Assembly: GCA_963700285.1 (NCBI GenBank)
Contig: CAVOXA010000001.1
Location: 1,344,001-1,408,000, forward strand
Length of the DNA stretch: 64,000 nt
From: an uncultured Chloroflexia bacterium
GTDB taxonomy: Bacteria > Chloroflexota > Anaerolineae > JAAYZQ01
Direction: 5' to 3'
How positions within the stretch are numbered: position 1 is the stretch's first letter; every line of letters starts with the position of its first letter. Below the pieces are notes generated by a model that saw only the letters and a program-made list of their open reading frames with translations, had not been told where the DNA came from and ran no database searches. Positions 20,719-30,208 of the stretch are shown piece after piece. The position numbers and the translations under genes are program-made.

Positions 20719-21220
20719 GGGTGTTCAATGTCAGGAATAGATGGTCTGGGCGCGCTGGTGGATCACCAGCATAGCGCCAGTACGAAGCCACACGTTCTCA
20801 ATGTGGCGACGGGATGAGCCGGTCAGGAGGTAAGTCTCCCCTGTTGCGGCCTGGATGATTCCATTCTCCTTGTCCTCTCATCTCTTCCCATTATTCGCCC
20901 GAACCTGGGGCAAAAACACCAAATAGCAGCCTTGTGGAGCAGCCAAGGTGCTACCGAGCCAGCCCCAGCTCGCCTGCTGAACAGGCGCTATTTTGGCAAC
21001 CCAGGTTTCCCGCTTGGCCGATGGACCTGCCAATGAGAGAATTGCGGGGGAGGAGACTGGCCAGAGCCAAAGTCCCCGGGCGGTACAACCATCACGCTTG
21101 CTGCCCAAGAGCTAAGGCCAGATAGCTGCCGGTCGCGTTCCCCAATAGCGGCAACGACGCCACCACAGACATTATCGCCTATGGAAGTATACGCGAGGTA
21201 ACGAGAAAGTATAAATTCTG

Positions 21221-22114
21221 TTACAATCTAACGATCTGACCAATCACTCCTGCAGAACGGGGTAGCCGCGCCGGATGTAGTCTCGTGTGCGCTTTAGGAT
21301 TACGGTCCGCTTTTCCGGTGAGAGGGCAATCTGAGCCAGGTGGTCGGACAAACAGGCTGGGCAGATGACCGTGTACTCTTGCCGTCTCCACTAATCTGTT
21401 CCGGAGTTCTGGCTGGGTGACGATCCAGCCGGTCCTCAGGCCTGGCAGACCGTATGCTTTGCTCAGGCTCTGCTGAATAAGAACCTTGTCATAGCGCCCC
21501 CAAAACGACGGGGTTTCCCGATCGGTAAGACATTCGGCCCCAGCATAGACTTCGTCCGACAGGAGCCAGGCACCAACGCGGTCCGCAGCAGCCACGATGG
21601 TGTCCATCTCAGAGTCGGTGAGGATCCGGCCAGTGGGGTTGTTGGGATTGCAGACGGCAATCACCTTGGTCCGCTCCGTGACCGCTTTTGCCAGTTCGTC
21701 CAGGTTGGGGGCTCAGTCCTGCTCTTCCCTCAGATGGAATGGTTTTACGGGAATGCCCATGCTCTTGGCAATGCCCCAAATCTGCATATAGTTGGGCAGC
21801 ATCAGCACCAACTCCTCGCCTGGCTCAAAGAGGGTCCAGATGGCGAGAAAGTTGGCTACGGCCGCCCCGCTTGTTACAAGTACATTGTCAGGGTTAGACC
21901 CCGGGTAAAGGGTGCAAATTCGTTCCCGAAGCGCGATGGTACCGTTGGTCTGCGAGTAGTCGAGGCCGATGTTGAGCAGTTGATCGAGCTGGGCTGGGTC
22001 GTCGACCAACTCGTGAGCGGTCAAAGGGTGGACGCCGCTCTCCGAGAGGTTATAGTCTACGATCTTTTCCCACTCGGACATCAGTTGTTCCAGTTCAAAG
22101 GGGTGAAAGGGCAT
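21221..22114 (-). pseudogene. Class I/II PLP aminotransferase, interrupted and truncated
   Basis: Motifs YNLSESG, CNPNNPTG, LSDEVY, SLSKAYGLPGLRTGW. In-frame TGA at 21713-21715, a frameshift near 21390, a second TGA at 21244-21246, and the C-terminus is missing. Confidence 0.75.
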
Positions 22115-22232
22115 GGGCTTCTCCTCCAGCTTTCTGCCAGGATTGTGCCACAGGACCCGATGATGGGCAAGTTGCCAATTTATCCAGAGTCAGGTACAAT
22201 GGCTGGCAACCAGAAGGTGGAGGGAGAATGCT

Positions 22233-22820
22233 ATGGCAACACGCCTGGATGCCTGGAAGCTGGTAAACGAGTACACAAAGAACCAGAACCTGGTTCGCCA
22301 TATGCTGGCCGTCGAGGCGGCCATGCGCGCCTACGCTCGTAAGTATGACGAGGATGAAGAACTATGGGGAGTCGTGGGTTTGATCCACGATTTCGACTAC
22401 GAGCGCTATCCTGATCTTTCTGTAGAGGGGCACCCGGTCGTCGGAGCGCGTATCCTGCGGGAGGAGGGCTGGCCCGAGGAAGTCGTCCAGGCGGTGTTGG
22501 CCCATGCCAGCGAGTACACTGGGGTGCAACCCGAGTCCCAGATGGAAAAATGTCTCGTGGCCGTCGATGAGCTAACCGGTTTCCTGGTGGCTGTGGCCTT
22601 GGTACGGCCTACCAAGGACATCCGCGATGTCACAAAGATCCAGTCCGTCAAGAAAAAATGGAAGGATCGCGCCTTTGCGGCGGCTGTCAACCGGGAGGAG
22701 ATTGAGCGGGCGTGTCAGCGGCTACCGGTTGATCTGTGGGTGGAGCATGTTCCCCTCGTATTGGAGGCAATGAAGGCGATCGCGCCCGAGTTGGGGCTGG
22801 ACGGACAGGCAAGCGCCTAG
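22233..22820 (+). CDS. HDIG/HD-domain metal-dependent phosphohydrolase
   Basis: Motifs LVRHMLAVEAAMR, GLIHDFDYE, HPVVGARIL, AVDELTG, KKKWKDRAFAAAVNRE. Confidence 0.88.
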   Translation: MATRLDAWKLVNEYTKNQNLVRHMLAVEAAMRAYARKYDEDEELWGVVGLIHDFDYERYPDLSVEGHPVVGARILREEGWPEEVVQAVLAHASEYTGVQPESQMEKCLVAVDELTGFLVAVALVRPTKDIRDVTKIQSVKKKWKDRAFAAAVNREEIERACQRLPVDLWVEHVPLVLEAMKAIAPELGLDGQASA

Positions 22821-22837
22821 CCTGTTCACTCCTGGGT

Positions 22838-25240
22838 CTACCGTTCTGTATCGACCCACATTCGGCGGCCATCTGTGATAAACTCGACCGTGCCCTGTTC
22901 GTCGGTACGCAGGATCTGCACCGCCCCGAGCTGTTCCAGCCGCTCCAGAACCACTGGATCGGGGTGGTTGAACTTGTTCTCGGCGCCGGCTGAGATGACG
23001 GCATAAGTGGGATCTACCGCCACAAGAAAGCCCTGGGTTGATGCGCCACCACTACCGTGGTGACTTACTTTCAGAACGTCGGCCGATAGAGTGTGGCCGG
23101 ACTGCATGAGGTAGCCTTCCCCTTCTTCTTCGAGGTCACCGGTGAGCAGGAAGCTGGCCTTCCCCCATATCAATCGTAGTACCACCGATCCGTTGTTCGA
23201 GTCAGCCTCTATCCCCATAGCCAGATCGGCGTCTGGGTGCAGTACCTCCACGTCGACGCCACCCCCGAGATGCAGCAAGTCTCCGGACTTGACTGTTTGA
23301 CGTGGGATGCTGGCATCCTTCAGAAGCTCTAGGCACTTTTGGAAGGGCTTGCTCTTGCTGGCAGCACCATTGTCCAGCCAGCCACCGATCTGGTAGCGCT
23401 CCAGTACCCCTACCAAGCCGGAGACATGGTCGATATCTGCATGGGTTAATACCAGCAGGTCGATGTCGTGGTCCCAAAAGGGCATCTCCCGACCCAGGGC
23501 GGAGGTGAGGGCCACGGTACCCGGTCCGCCATCTACGAGGATCTGCTGGCCTTGGGGGGTGGTAATGAAGATGGCATCGCCCTGACCCACGTCGAGAAAG
23601 GCGACGTGCAGACGGCCGTCGGGTTGTTGCAGCAGGGCAAGAATGGTCAGAACGATGGCAATGAGAGAAATACCCAGGAGGGCCTTGGCCGGTGTGCGAG
23701 CCGAGACACCGTTCCACAATTGGCGAGCACTGGCGCCACGCTGGCGGAGAGCCCACAGCAATCCCAGGATCAGGCCATACAGGGCTACTAGCCAGCCCAT
23801 GTGGAATCCGTTCATCTGGGGCATCGCAAACTGCCATTCTGCCATCCAGCGGACGATGGTGTTGGTGAAGGCAAGCAGAAGCCACGGCACCATCGCGATC
23901 ACTCGGGCCACTGGTTCCAGTGGGGGGACAAGGCCGGTGAGTGTGGCTACTGCTCCCCAGCTCATAATGTGGGGTTGGATCGAGAGGATGAACATGTTTG
24001 TAAGGGGGGCGATCACGGATAGATGGCCAAAATGGTAGCTGACCAGAGGCAGCGTCAGAACCTGGGCGGCCAGTGTAACCACCAGCACGCTGCTCAAGAT
24101 ACGGACTATCCTTTCTGCCTGTTCCCGAGGCACGAAGCGAACACAGAGTCGTGTCAGGGCTTGTTCCATGGGCGTCGTGAACAGGATCAGACTCAGCGTC
24201 GCTGCGACGCTGAGCTGAAAGCCGACATTCCACAGGGTCAGGGGATTGATGAGGGTCAGTAGCATGGCAGCAGCAGCTAGCGTAACATAGGCCGTGGCCC
24301 GGCGGCCCATGTAGACGGCTGTGACAAGGAGGCCGCCCATGATTCCTGCCCGGACTACCACGGCATCTGCACCCACCAGCAGTACATACAAGCTGACGCC
24401 GGCCAGCGTGAACCAATACGCCTTCTGTTTTCCCATCAAACAGCCAAAGGACTTGGAGAACAGCATGGCCACGACCATGATGTTGGCGCCGGAGATAACA
24501 ATGATGTGGCTGGTACCCGTACGATTGTAGTCTTCATAGAGGTCATCAGGGATGCCAGACCTGATGCCAAGCAGGATACCCTGCAGTAGCGACGCTTCTG
24601 GTTCAGGCATGAGCCGGGCAATCACAGCTTGCGCGCGGTCCTTGATGGATGACAGAAGGCTGCTGAACGGGTTGCCTTGGACGGTGGCTACTTTCTCGAT
24701 CTTCGGATGACGGACGTAGGAGAGGATACCTCTCTGGGCAAGGTATTTACGGTAATCAAATCCCTCGAGCTCGGGGACTGGCTCCAGTATGCCTGAGATG
24801 CGCAACCGGTCTCCGTAGCGATACCTGGGTAAGTTGGAAGTGAGCACCAGCGCTCGACCGTGGACCTGTATGGCTTGGTCTTTGAACTCAAGCTGCTCAC
24901 TCTCGATCTCCAGCCTGGTCGACGAGTCTTTGGTATCCGGGTAACCCCGTACCACCCCCTCCAGCGTGACCCAGCCCTGATTACTATAGGAAGCCACGGC
25001 CTCAGGGTCATTCAGGCTGCGTACGTGTAACTGGTAGCGCAGCGCGCCCCCGAGCAAGGCAAGGGCACACACGGCGGCCAGGAGTATGGATCGCTCTCTA
25101 TGCCACAGAAGAAGCGCCAGCATGGGGACGAGAGCAAGCAAGATGATCGACGCCGGTTCAATGCCTGCCGGCATCAGGAGGTGGTGGGCCGCAACCAGGC
25201 CAGCCATCCAGGCGATGGTGACAAGGACCAAAGGGGGCAT
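22838..25240 (-). CDS. comEC: DNA internalization competence protein ComEC/Rec2
   Basis: DUF4131/OB region, competence domain (GTSHIIVISGAN, VGFQLS), and MBL domain (FLDVGQGDA, THADIDH, KVSHHGS). Likely ATG start at 25240. Confidence 0.92.
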   Translation of the reverse strand: MPPLVLVTIAWMAGLVAAHHLLMPAGIEPASIILLALVPMLALLLWHRERSILLAAVCALALLGGALRYQLHVRSLNDPEAVASYSNQGWVTLEGVVRGYPDTKDSSTRLEIESEQLEFKDQAIQVHGRALVLTSNLPRYRYGDRLRISGILEPVPELEGFDYRKYLAQRGILSYVRHPKIEKVATVQGNPFSSLLSSIKDRAQAVIARLMPEPEASLLQGILLGIRSGIPDDLYEDYNRTGTSHIIVISGANIMVVAMLFSKSFGCLMGKQKAYWFTLAGVSLYVLLVGADAVVVRAGIMGGLLVTAVYMGRRATAYVTLAAAAMLLTLINPLTLWNVGFQLSVAATLSLILFTTPMEQALTRLCVRFVPREQAERIVRILSSVLVVTLAAQVLTLPLVSYHFGHLSVIAPLTNMFILSIQPHIMSWGAVATLTGLVPPLEPVARVIAMVPWLLLAFTNTIVRWMAEWQFAMPQMNGFHMGWLVALYGLILGLLWALRQRGASARQLWNGVSARTPAKALLGISLIAIVLTILALLQQPDGRLHVAFLDVGQGDAIFITTPQGQQILVDGGPGTVALTSALGREMPFWDHDIDLLVLTHADIDHVSGLVGVLERYQIGGWLDNGAASKSKPFQKCLELLKDASIPRQTVKSGDLLHLGGGVDVEVLHPDADLAMGIEADSNNGSVVLRLIWGKASFLLTGDLEEEGEGYLMQSGHTLSADVLKVSHHGSGGASTQGFLVAVDPTYAVISAGAENKFNHPDPVVLERLEQLGAVQILRTDEQGTVEFITDGRRMWVDTER

Positions 25241-25400
25241 AGCCCCTACCTCCCTGGGCCCGACCCCGCAATCCCTGTCTGCAGGTCGTAGCCAGGGCTC
25301 GCGGTAGGAAATGCACGACAAGCAGTCATGCCACGACGCGCGCTGAGATGCTCAGCGGACCGCTCGTCCAAAGCCTGCGGACGGGCACCGCAGCCCAAGG

Positions 25401-25429
25401 ATTATACTATGTCTTGAACCAGCAGTCAA
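25401..25429 (-). promoter_or_regulatory. Sigma70-type promoter for comEC
   Basis: TTGACT-17 nt-TATAAT on the minus strand. Confidence 0.6.
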
Positions 25430-25629
25430 GCCCCAGCGGCAGACCTGGTACGGCTGTTGCAAAGTCGCCATCGCGAGCGTCAGCGAAGCGATCTCCACTT
25501 GTGCCCTGGGGATTGCCACGGCGCAAACAGCGCGCCTCGCAATGACAGATCTGACTGGCAGTGCATGTCAAGGGACAATGCAACAGCCCTAGCAGACCTG
25601 GCGAGATGATCTGCCTGGATCGGGACTCT

Positions 25630-25658
25630 TTGACAAAAGCGGTACTCGGTGCTATAAT
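25630..25658 (+). promoter_or_regulatory. Sigma70-type promoter upstream of the htrA-like gene
   Basis: TTGACA-17 nt-TATAAT with an extended -10 TG. Confidence 0.7.
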
Positions 25659-25943
25659 GGCGATGTGATGATTCCCAATCTCTTGCAGACGGTTCCCTCA
25701 GGATTCCAATGTGACATCTCAAAGAATGCCGACGGATGTCGCCCTGGACCGGTTTGTCTTTGCTATCGTCCCAATTGTACGGCCGACGAGAGTTCGGGTA
25801 ATTGTCTGAAAGCAGTCGGCCTCGTCCCTTGATTTTTGTCAGGAAACGTAGTAGACTTGGAGTGCAGTGGACAAGGGCGCTTCTGGACGCAAGCGAGTTT
25901 GACTGTAAATCACCGACGTCATAGAGAGGTGGTTCCGGGATCG

Positions 25944-27104
25944 ATGCGCAAGGCTTTTTCAATCTGGATTCTTCTAGGCTTGTTGGCACTGAGCACGTTG
26001 GCATGCAATCTGTCTGAGGTCGTCACCTTGGTCGCTACCCCTGCGCCGGCTGCAGTATCCATGGAGCCGACAGCGGTGGTCATTGTCTTGACACCTACGG
26101 CTTTACCTCCAGGGCCTATGCCCCAGACCGATGTAGAAGAGCAACTGGTAATTGGTGTCTACGCCCGGGTTGGGCCAGCAGTGGTTTGCATCAAGGCTCG
26201 GGATCACCTGGGCGGTTGTATTGGCTCCGGTTTCGTGCTTGACCGGGAGGGGTATGTTGTCACGAACAACCACGTAGCTGAGGCCTCTCCTGACTTGCTG
26301 GTGACACTGGCCGACGAGACTACGGTGCCTGCCACGGTGGTTGGGTCGGATCCTGGCAGCGACTTGGCGGTCCTGAAGATCGACCTGCCCGCCGACAGGC
26401 TGTCCGTTGTCGAGCTGGGCGACTCCTCTTCACTTAGGGTGGGACAGCGGGCCATTGCGATTGGAAACCCATTTGGTTTGGAGCGAACCATCACGACTGG
26501 CATCATCAGTTCGCTCGGTCGGACACTGTTGCGCGACGACAGCGCTTTCCAGTTGGCAGAGGTGATCCAGACCGATGCTGCTATCAACCCAGGGAATTCG
26601 GGCGGTCCTCTGCTGGACTCGCAGGGCCGCGTTATTGGCGTCAATACGGCCATTCGATCAACGAGTGGAGTCAACTCGGGAGTAGGTTTTGCCATTCCGG
26701 TAGATATTGTCAAACGGGTTGTGCCAGAGTTGATTGACCGTGGACGCTATCGCCATACTTGGGTAGGCGTAACGGGTCTGACGATTTCACCAGAAATGGT
26801 TGAGGCAATGTCCCTTCCTGTGGAAACCGGGGTACTGGTTTTTGAGGTGGAGGAAGGTGGTCCAGCCGCGAGGGCCGGTTTGCAGGGAGGCAATCGGGAG
26901 ACCCGAGTGGCAGGCAGGCCGATGTTAGCAGGTGGAGATATTGTGATCGCCATAGACAGTGTGGATGTCAAGCGGTTTGATGACCTGGTCAATTTCCTGG
27001 CCACGCGCACCACCGTTGGTGATGTCTTGACGCTGACGGTTGTCCGGGATAAGGCTGAGATCAAGATTGACGTAACGTTGGAGGAGCGTCCCAGCAATCG
27101 CTGA
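25944..27104 (+). CDS. htrA: HtrA/DegP-family trypsin-like serine protease with PDZ domain, lipoprotein
   Basis: Lipobox STLAC. Catalytic TNNHV, DLAVLK, QTDAAINPGNSGGPL. C-terminal PDZ domain. Confidence 0.88.
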   Translation: MRKAFSIWILLGLLALSTLACNLSEVVTLVATPAPAAVSMEPTAVVIVLTPTALPPGPMPQTDVEEQLVIGVYARVGPAVVCIKARDHLGGCIGSGFVLDREGYVVTNNHVAEASPDLLVTLADETTVPATVVGSDPGSDLAVLKIDLPADRLSVVELGDSSSLRVGQRAIAIGNPFGLERTITTGIISSLGRTLLRDDSAFQLAEVIQTDAAINPGNSGGPLLDSQGRVIGVNTAIRSTSGVNSGVGFAIPVDIVKRVVPELIDRGRYRHTWVGVTGLTISPEMVEAMSLPVETGVLVFEVEEGGPAARAGLQGGNRETRVAGRPMLAGGDIVIAIDSVDVKRFDDLVNFLATRTTVGDVLTLTVVRDKAEIKIDVTLEERPSNR

Positions 27105-27222
27105 GCGGCCTTTCTGTGCCGCAGTCATTTCTGAACAAGGCAGTGCCTGCTCGCTGCCTGTTACTAGCCGGATTCCTTGTTCTGTGAAGACTGGTCCCAA
27201 TAACCTATGTGAGGAGGCCAAG

Positions 27223-28344
27223 ATGTCAACTTTTGACGTGCGAGATCTGAACGAGTTGGTGGAGTTTAAGGCTGGCTCTGCACCTGTTCTCAGCCTGTAC
27301 CTCAATGTAGATCCTACTCAGCAATCGAGAGATCAGTACAAGCTTGCCCTGCGGTCCCTACTCAAGTCTGTGGGCGACGACGCAGAGGCGGAAGATGTGT
27401 CTGCAATTGAGCGGTACTTTGATTTTGAATACGATTGGCAGGGGAGAGGAGTAGCCGTTTTTTCCTGCCGTGAAGCTGATTTTTGGCGCAGCTACCCGCT
27501 TGCCGTGCCGGTGCACAACGATGCCTATGTCTCGCATCGCCCCTATATCAAGCCACTCCAGGATGTGTTGGATGCCTATGGTAGATATGGCGTCATCCTG
27601 GTGGACAGTGAGGGCGCACGGATGTTTCTCTTTGATCTTGGCGAGCTTGTGGAGGCAACCGGCACGCTGGGCGAAGAGGTTCGTCGCACCAAACATGGTG
27701 GTGGCTCGGGCGTATCCGGGATGCGGGGCGGGATGGCAACTCGCTCCGCCCGTCAGGGAGAGGCGGTTGTCCAGCGCAACCTGAAGGAGATGGCCGATGC
27801 CACCGAGGCCTTTTGCAGCAGGCAGGGATGCACGCGTCTTGTCCTGGGGGGAACCGAAGCCATCGTCAGCCAATTCCACGATACGTTGCCCAAGGCAGTA
27901 CAGGACAAAGTCATTGGCACGTTTGCAATAGACTCTGATGCGACGGTGAACGAGATTCAAGCATGTTCGATGGACCTGATTGAGAAAGTAGCTCAGGATC
28001 GTGAGGTTGAACTGGTTGATGAAATGATCGCCTGCTGGAGGCGGGGCAGTGGCGCGGCGGTTGGGCTCTCCGATACGCTGGCGTCACTACAGGAACACCG
28101 GGTGGCGATCTTGCTTATTGCGGCGGGCTATGAGGCCTCAGGTTATCGCTGCCAGAATTGCCGCTACCTGATGCTTGCGGAGAGAGAGACCTGTCCTCTG
28201 TGCGGAGGATCGATGGAGCCTGTGACCGACCTGGTAGAGACAATGACCCATCGAGCGCTGGAGCAAGGCGTTGAGGTCGAAATAGTGCGTGGCAACGAGC
28301 TACTGGAGGACTCTGGATCGGTGGGAGCGCTTCTGCGCTATTGA
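27223..28344 (+). CDS. Bacterial archaeo-eukaryotic release factor (baeRF/aeRF1-pelota-like) protein with Zn ribbon
   Basis: Motifs PVLSLYLNVDP, GVAVFSC, PYIKPL, ILVDSEGARMF, LVLGG, CQNC..CPLCGG, GSVGALLRY. GGAGG RBS precedes ATG 27223. Confidence 0.8.
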   Translation: MSTFDVRDLNELVEFKAGSAPVLSLYLNVDPTQQSRDQYKLALRSLLKSVGDDAEAEDVSAIERYFDFEYDWQGRGVAVFSCREADFWRSYPLAVPVHNDAYVSHRPYIKPLQDVLDAYGRYGVILVDSEGARMFLFDLGELVEATGTLGEEVRRTKHGGGSGVSGMRGGMATRSARQGEAVVQRNLKEMADATEAFCSRQGCTRLVLGGTEAIVSQFHDTLPKAVQDKVIGTFAIDSDATVNEIQACSMDLIEKVAQDREVELVDEMIACWRRGSGAAVGLSDTLASLQEHRVAILLIAAGYEASGYRCQNCRYLMLAERETCPLCGGSMEPVTDLVETMTHRALEQGVEVEIVRGNELLEDSGSVGALLRY

Positions 28345-28365
28345 TCCAGTGTTGGAAGGCAGAGC

Positions 28366-28397
28366 AAAAGGGCGCCGCACTACCGGCGCCCTTTTTT
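28366..28397. terminator. Bidirectional intrinsic terminator
   Basis: Hairpin AAAAGGGCGCCG-cactac-CGGCGCCCTTTT(TT) between convergent genes. Confidence 0.8.
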
Positions 28398-28453
28398 CTC
28401 GTCTGGACCAGTCTCGACCCGTCGCCAGGCTGTGCAATACCTCCATCGCTTTC

Positions 28454-29269
28454 TCAGAAGCGATCCCAGGGTACAGTAGTGGGGAAGAGCAGACGCACGA
28501 ACTGCCAGGCACGGTCCAGCACAACATCCTTACTCTCACCGGGTGGGAGGAACAGATTGACGCGAACAGATAGTACCCCATCCTTGGAGTCGCGTTGGGG
28601 GTCACCCCAAAGATACCAGAACAAGACCATCAGTTGCTGACCTGTCTCTGCATGTTCGGTCAGGAGGTACTGGGCGTGCATAGGCTGACTGCCTATCATA
28701 GCTGATTCTCGTCTGTTCTCGGTTACCTGCCACAAGCGCCCAGGATAGCATGTTTCCGGGGTGTGGCTGAAGAGGAGAAAGCTGTCTTCTCCCTTGTTCC
28801 CGATGATTGTCAAGGTCAGTTCCTGGCCTGAAGGGGAACGATAGGTTCGCTCCAGGGCGATGGTAGGGTGATTGAGGTAGAATACGACAGCGGGATCGTC
28901 GCCCACGTACCGGTCTGCACCGACCTGTTTCCACTCACCCACTTCTGTGGGGATCGCGGCGGCTACTTCCTCTGTAGAATCACCGCTCAGATCAAAGTTG
29001 CTGCGTACCACTGTTTCGTATGGTGTGATGCGATACCAGCCCTCCACATCGAGGAAGTAAATGTGGTCTGGCGGTTCCGCAGATTCAGAACCTGCCCCCT
29101 CAGCAGCGATCGCGGCTGGCACGGGCAACTCGGTAGAGAGTCGTGCATCTGAACTCAACTGCTGGCCCCAGGTCAATGCAACCCCAAGGAGCAGTAGGGT
29201 GATGATCAGAACAAATCTTTGCGTACTCGCGAGCACCCCAAGACCTTTCCGAGAACGAGCAAGAGGCAC
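28454..29269 (-). CDS. Exosortase-associated EpsI-family protein
   Basis: N-terminal TM segment. Motifs IPTEVGEWK, LERTYRSPSGQ, SHTPETCYPGRLWQV, LMVLFWYLW. Directly downstream of the exosortase. Confidence 0.75.
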   Translation of the reverse strand: MPLARSRKGLGVLASTQRFVLIITLLLLGVALTWGQQLSSDARLSTELPVPAAIAAEGAGSESAEPPDHIYFLDVEGWYRITPYETVVRSNFDLSGDSTEEVAAAIPTEVGEWKQVGADRYVGDDPAVVFYLNHPTIALERTYRSPSGQELTLTIIGNKGEDSFLLFSHTPETCYPGRLWQVTENRRESAMIGSQPMHAQYLLTEHAETGQQLMVLFWYLWGDPQRDSKDGVLSVRVNLFLPPGESKDVVLDRAWQFVRLLFPTTVPWDRF

Positions 29270-30057
29270 AGAGCAATTAGGAACAGAATTGGGCTGGACC
29301 AGTCGTGGTAGTAGGAGAGGGCTACCTCCTCACCGAAAGCCTGCGCTACAATCAGAAGGATCGCGACGCGCAGCACATTGCTGGCCGCCACCAAGGGTAC
29401 GATGGCCAGCAACATCAGGGCTTTGGCGGTCGGCCGCCCTTCTACTACATACACCCAGGCGACCCCCACGGTGACCATCGTCACCAGGGAGCGCAGTCCA
29501 CTGCAGGGGGCTCCCACGGTGACGGCCGTGTTGGGCAGGGTGATCTCGCCACCTTGCTGGACGGCCGAAATGCCAACGAGGCGGGCGAGCGCTGCAGCCG
29601 ACTGGGCTGTGAAAGACTCGAGCCAGGGGCTGGCCTGGTCGATGAAAGGTAGCGGTACCATGAATGCCAGGAACAGGAGGGGAAAAAGCCAGTACTTGAG
29701 GCGAGGCCAACCCTCCAGAAAGAGGAGGATCCCGACCAGAAGGACAACCAGGCTAAGGGCGACCACAAAGTAGTACTGCCAGCGCATCGCCCAGACGACA
29801 ATGCCAAGGCATGTCGCAGTGATCAGCAGCCCAATCCACGCACCCCCTTGGCGTGGCTCATCTACCGCGTACCGCCACTGGCGCCAGGCAAGCATGGCTG
29901 CTATGAGGGGGACAAGAAATCCGTGGGTATAATAGGGGTTGCTCAACCACGATCTACCCAACCAGACAAAGGCGGGATAGAAGAGAAGAACCAACAGACC
30001 AATGATGAGCAAATAGGCTACGGGTCCTGTCTTGACTCTGGACAAGGGACATGCCAC
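29206..30057 (-). CDS. Exosortase/archaeosortase family transpeptidase
   Basis: About 8 TM segments. Motifs NPYYTHGFLVP, FLAFMVPLP, catalytic APCSGLRSL, NVLRV and YHDW. Confidence 0.9.
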   Translation of the reverse strand: MACPLSRVKTGPVAYLLIIGLLVLLFYPAFVWLGRSWLSNPYYTHGFLVPLIAAMLAWRQWRYAVDEPRQGGAWIGLLITATCLGIVVWAMRWQYYFVVALSLVVLLVGILLFLEGWPRLKYWLFPLLFLAFMVPLPFIDQASPWLESFTAQSAAALARLVGISAVQQGGEITLPNTAVTVGAPCSGLRSLVTMVTVGVAWVYVVEGRPTAKALMLLAIVPLVAASNVLRVAILLIVAQAFGEEVALSYYHDWSSPILFLIALCLLLVLGKVLGCSRVRKDLF

Positions 30058-30067
30058 CTGTTTGGGA

Positions 30068-30096
30068 TTGACTACGCAACAGGGCTAGCGTATAAT
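30068..30096 (+). promoter_or_regulatory. Sigma70-type promoter for the glycoside hydrolase
   Basis: TTGACT-17 nt-TATAAT. Confidence 0.6.
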
Positions 30097-30139
30097 CTAC
30101 CGACTGGACAGGCTGGGCCACGCCGTCATAGGCTGGCGG

Positions 30140-30168
30140 AGTATAGCTCCTTTCCAGGGGAATGTCAA
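30140..30168 (-). promoter_or_regulatory. Sigma70-type promoter for exosortase/epsI
   Basis: TTGACA-17 nt-TATACT on the minus strand. Confidence 0.6.
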
Positions 30169-30208
30169 GTCAACTGTGATATCCTCGCGGCTGGGAAAGG
30201 GAACAGCC

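Noticed and set aside
20823-20864. 13-codon uORF (MESSRPQQGRLTS) with an AAGGAG RBS ahead of the priming transferase
   Set aside because: It is too short to support without conservation data and could be chance or an indel remnant.
20945-20962. ops/JUMPstart-like element (GGCTCGGTAGCACC on the minus strand) upstream of the EPS locus
   Set aside because: It is only a partial match to GGCGGTAG, and there is no RfaH/NusG paralog in the window.
21244-21715. Genome-wide TGA=Trp recoding suggested by two TGA codons at Trp-like positions
   Set aside because: Many intact genes here end in TGA, including ATGA/GTGA overlaps, and use TGG for Trp. The gene is also frameshifted and truncated.
18246-24416. 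Long alternative-frame or antisense ORFs (18246-19433, 19517-20704, 23202-24416 and similar)
   Set aside because: These are shadow ORFs of well-supported genes in GC-rich DNA and have no recognisable motifs.
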